The notes under the pieces are model-generated. The model was not told the origin of the DNA. It made no database searches and saw nothing but the letters and a program-made list of their open reading frames with translations. Below, in pieces: positions 35,804 through 37,670 of a stretch of DNA of 37,670 nt; position 1 is the stretch's first letter, and every line of letters starts with the position of its first letter. The translations under genes and the position numbers were made by a program. This DNA is from Thermodesulfatator sp. (GTDB taxonomy: Bacteria > Desulfobacterota > Thermodesulfobacteria > Thermodesulfobacteriales > Thermodesulfobacteriaceae): NCBI GenBank assembly GCA_003978075.1, contig QOAM01000056.1, positions 1 through 37,670 on the forward strand, given 5' to 3'.

Positions 35804-35961
35804 CGGGGCTTTCCTCCGGTAGATATTTGGAGTAGTCTCCAGGACAACCCCTAAGAGCTCCCAAAAAACGGAGTGAACTTGTGGATTAAAGTAAGTTTTT
35901 TGGGAGTGCTTAAGGCAAAGGTGGCTCAGAGGAGGCCTTCTAAACCCAAGGAGGTTATTTC

Positions 35962-37670
35962 TTGCCTTTAAAAGACTGGGAAAAGCTTAAGGAGCTGGCC
36001 TTTAACCTCTGGTGGAGCTGGAATCCAGAGGGCAAAAAGCTCTTCCGGATGATCGACCCTATTCTCTGGGAAGAATTTCGGGAAAACCCTGTAAAGCTCC
36101 TTACCTGTACCGAATGTGTTAATAAGGTCCTTCGGCGGAGAGAATTTCTGAACGAGCTGGGCTATGTGTATCAACTTTACCGAACTTATCTGGAGACCCC
36201 GGGGCCTTTCCGGTCCAGGTGTCGGCGGCCCATCGCCTTCTTTTCCCCGGAATACGGCCTGCATCACACCCTCTACATCTACGCCGGGGGGCTGGGGCTT
36301 CTGGCTGGAGACATCTTGAAAGAGGCCAGTGATCTGGACTTTCCCCTGGTAGGCGTCGGTTTCATGTATCCCCAGGGCTACGTGCGCCAGCGTATCCGGC
36401 CTGATGGCTGGCAGGAAGACACCTGCAACCACATCCAAAAGGAGGAAATGCCCTTGCGCAAGGTCCTCGATCCCCAGGGCCAATGGCTCAAGGTCTATTG
36501 CTATTGTTTCGACGAAAAGGTCTATGCCGGGATCTGGGAGGTGGCCATAGGGCGCGTCAAGCTCTACCTCTTGGACACCGATGTAGAAGAAAATCCCCCC
36601 TGGAATCGGGAGATCTCCTATCAGCTCTACACCCCCGATCAAGAGACCCGTCTCAAGCAACAGATTGTTTTAGGCTTTTTAGGTATGGGCCTCTTTCACC
36701 GCTTGGGGATAGAGATCGCGGGAGTGCATATCAATGAAGATTATCCGGCTATGGCCCTGGTAGCCCGTCTACTTTATTTCCACAAGAAGGGCCTTTCCTT
36801 CGAAGAAGCCCGCGAGAGGGTGCGTGAGACCTCCCTTTTCACCACCCATACCCCCATCCGGGTGGCCATCAACACCTATCCCTTTGCTCTTATCGAAAAA
36901 CAGTTTGCCTTTCTCTGGGAGAGGTACAATCTCGACCGAGAGAAGTTCTTGCAACTAGGGACCAATCCGCGGAATCCGGACGAGGGCTTCAACTCCACCA
37001 TCCTGGCCATGCGTCTGGCCCGTTACATTAATGCCGTAAGCCGGCGGCACCAAGAAGTCTCCCGCCGCATGTGGCACTTCCTCTGGCCGGAACGCCCTGA
37101 AAAAGAGGTCCCCATCGACTATGTAACCAACGGGGTGCACCTTCCTACCTGGATTGACGACGACCTGCGGATCCTCCTAGGCGATCATCTGGGGACGCGA
37201 TGGCTAGAGGTGCATGATAATGAAAGCCTCTGGCAGCTCCTGGATCTCATCCCGGACGAGGCCCTCTGGAAGGTCCACTACGACAACAAGGTGGAGCTTC
37301 TTCATCTCATAAAGGACCGCCTGCGCAAGCGGTGGGCGGAAAAGGATTTTGATCCCTCCCTGGTCATTGCTGAGGGGGCCTTTCTGGACCCCGAATTTCT
37401 CACCCTGGGCTTTGCCCGCCGCATGACCGGCTACAAGCGGGCCACCCTCATCTTTCACGACCTGGAAAGGCTCAAGAGGATCCTCCTCCATCCAGAAAGG
37501 CCGGTCCAGATCATCTTCGCCGGGAAGGCCCATCCCCAGGACCAGCCGGGAAAGGAGATGATCCGGAAGATCGTCCTCTTGGCCAAGGACCCGGAGCTAG
37601 CCGGACGCATTGCCTTCATCGAGGACTACGATCAGGAGTTGGCCTCTTATATGGTTAAAGGGGTGGATGT
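35962..37670 (+). CDS. glgP: Alpha-glucan (glycogen/maltodextrin) phosphorylase, 5' part; runs off the window
   Basis: Not in the ORF track because it has no stop in the window. TTG after AAGGAGG; LAFNLWWSW, FSPEYG, YAGGLG.LAGD, FTTHTP, VTNGVH, GFARRMTGYKR, FAGKAHP, FIEDYD. Confidence 0.93.
   Translation, partial: MPLKDWEKLKELAFNLWWSWNPEGKKLFRMIDPILWEEFRENPVKLLTCTECVNKVLRRREFLNELGYVYQLYRTYLETPGPFRSRCRRPIAFFSPEYGLHHTLYIYAGGLGLLAGDILKEASDLDFPLVGVGFMYPQGYVRQRIRPDGWQEDTCNHIQKEEMPLRKVLDPQGQWLKVYCYCFDEKVYAGIWEVAIGRVKLYLLDTDVEENPPWNREISYQLYTPDQETRLKQQIVLGFLGMGLFHRLGIEIAGVHINEDYPAMALVARLLYFHKKGLSFEEARERVRETSLFTTHTPIRVAINTYPFALIEKQFAFLWERYNLDREKFLQLGTNPRNPDEGFNSTILAMRLARYINAVSRRHQEVSRRMWHFLWPERPEKEVPIDYVTNGVHLPTWIDDDLRILLGDHLGTRWLEVHDNESLWQLLDLIPDEALWKVHYDNKVELLHLIKDRLRKRWAEKDFDPSLVIAEGAFLDPEFLTLGFARRMTGYKRATLIFHDLERLKRILLHPERPVQIIFAGKAHPQDQPGKEMIRKIVLLAKDPELAGRIAFIEDYDQELASYMVKGVD

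Noticed and set aside
35885-35915. GAGTGCTTA as a CIRCE (HrcA) operator
   Set aside because: Only an imperfect right half is present, with no TTAGCACTC arm, and it precedes glgP rather than a chaperone gene.

Overview
A densely packed, GC-rich bacterial chromosomal window, mostly housekeeping genes. Gene content and compaction suggest a thermophilic, diderm, anaerobic Thermodesulfobacteria/Desulfobacterota-type organism (inference only). From left to right: a decayed IS21 remnant (istA 3' tail plus a deleted and frameshifted istB) overlapped by a THUMP/RlmL-like methyltransferase; fmdE; a minus-strand operon yicC-corA-uppP::pseudo-HtrA/PDZ-methyltransferase-prmC-murA-holB; a Cys-cluster gene-pal-skp-glk run; acpS-nnr-tsaE; an unusually long cobalamin riboswitch ahead of an exported cbiK and cbiL; livK-H-M (no ATPases)-def-hemL-cobB; an iorA lacking its ferredoxin domain and iorB; a CBS-ACT gene; an ABC-class ATPase coupled to PBP1A; a PAS hybrid kinase-xerC-hslV-hslU; an MBL hydrolase; a heptad-repeat coiled-coil/PD-(D/E)XK protein; and the 5' part of a glucan phosphorylase missing from the ORF track. 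The best candidate for an undescribed system is the in-frame fusion of undecaprenyl-PP phosphatase to an HtrA-like protease domain lacking two catalytic-triad residues plus a PDZ domain. Next are the riboswitch's three-hairpin insertion and the coiled-coil nuclease-like protein. No tRNA, rRNA or CRISPR array was seen. All family calls come from recognising motifs by eye; no searches were run.
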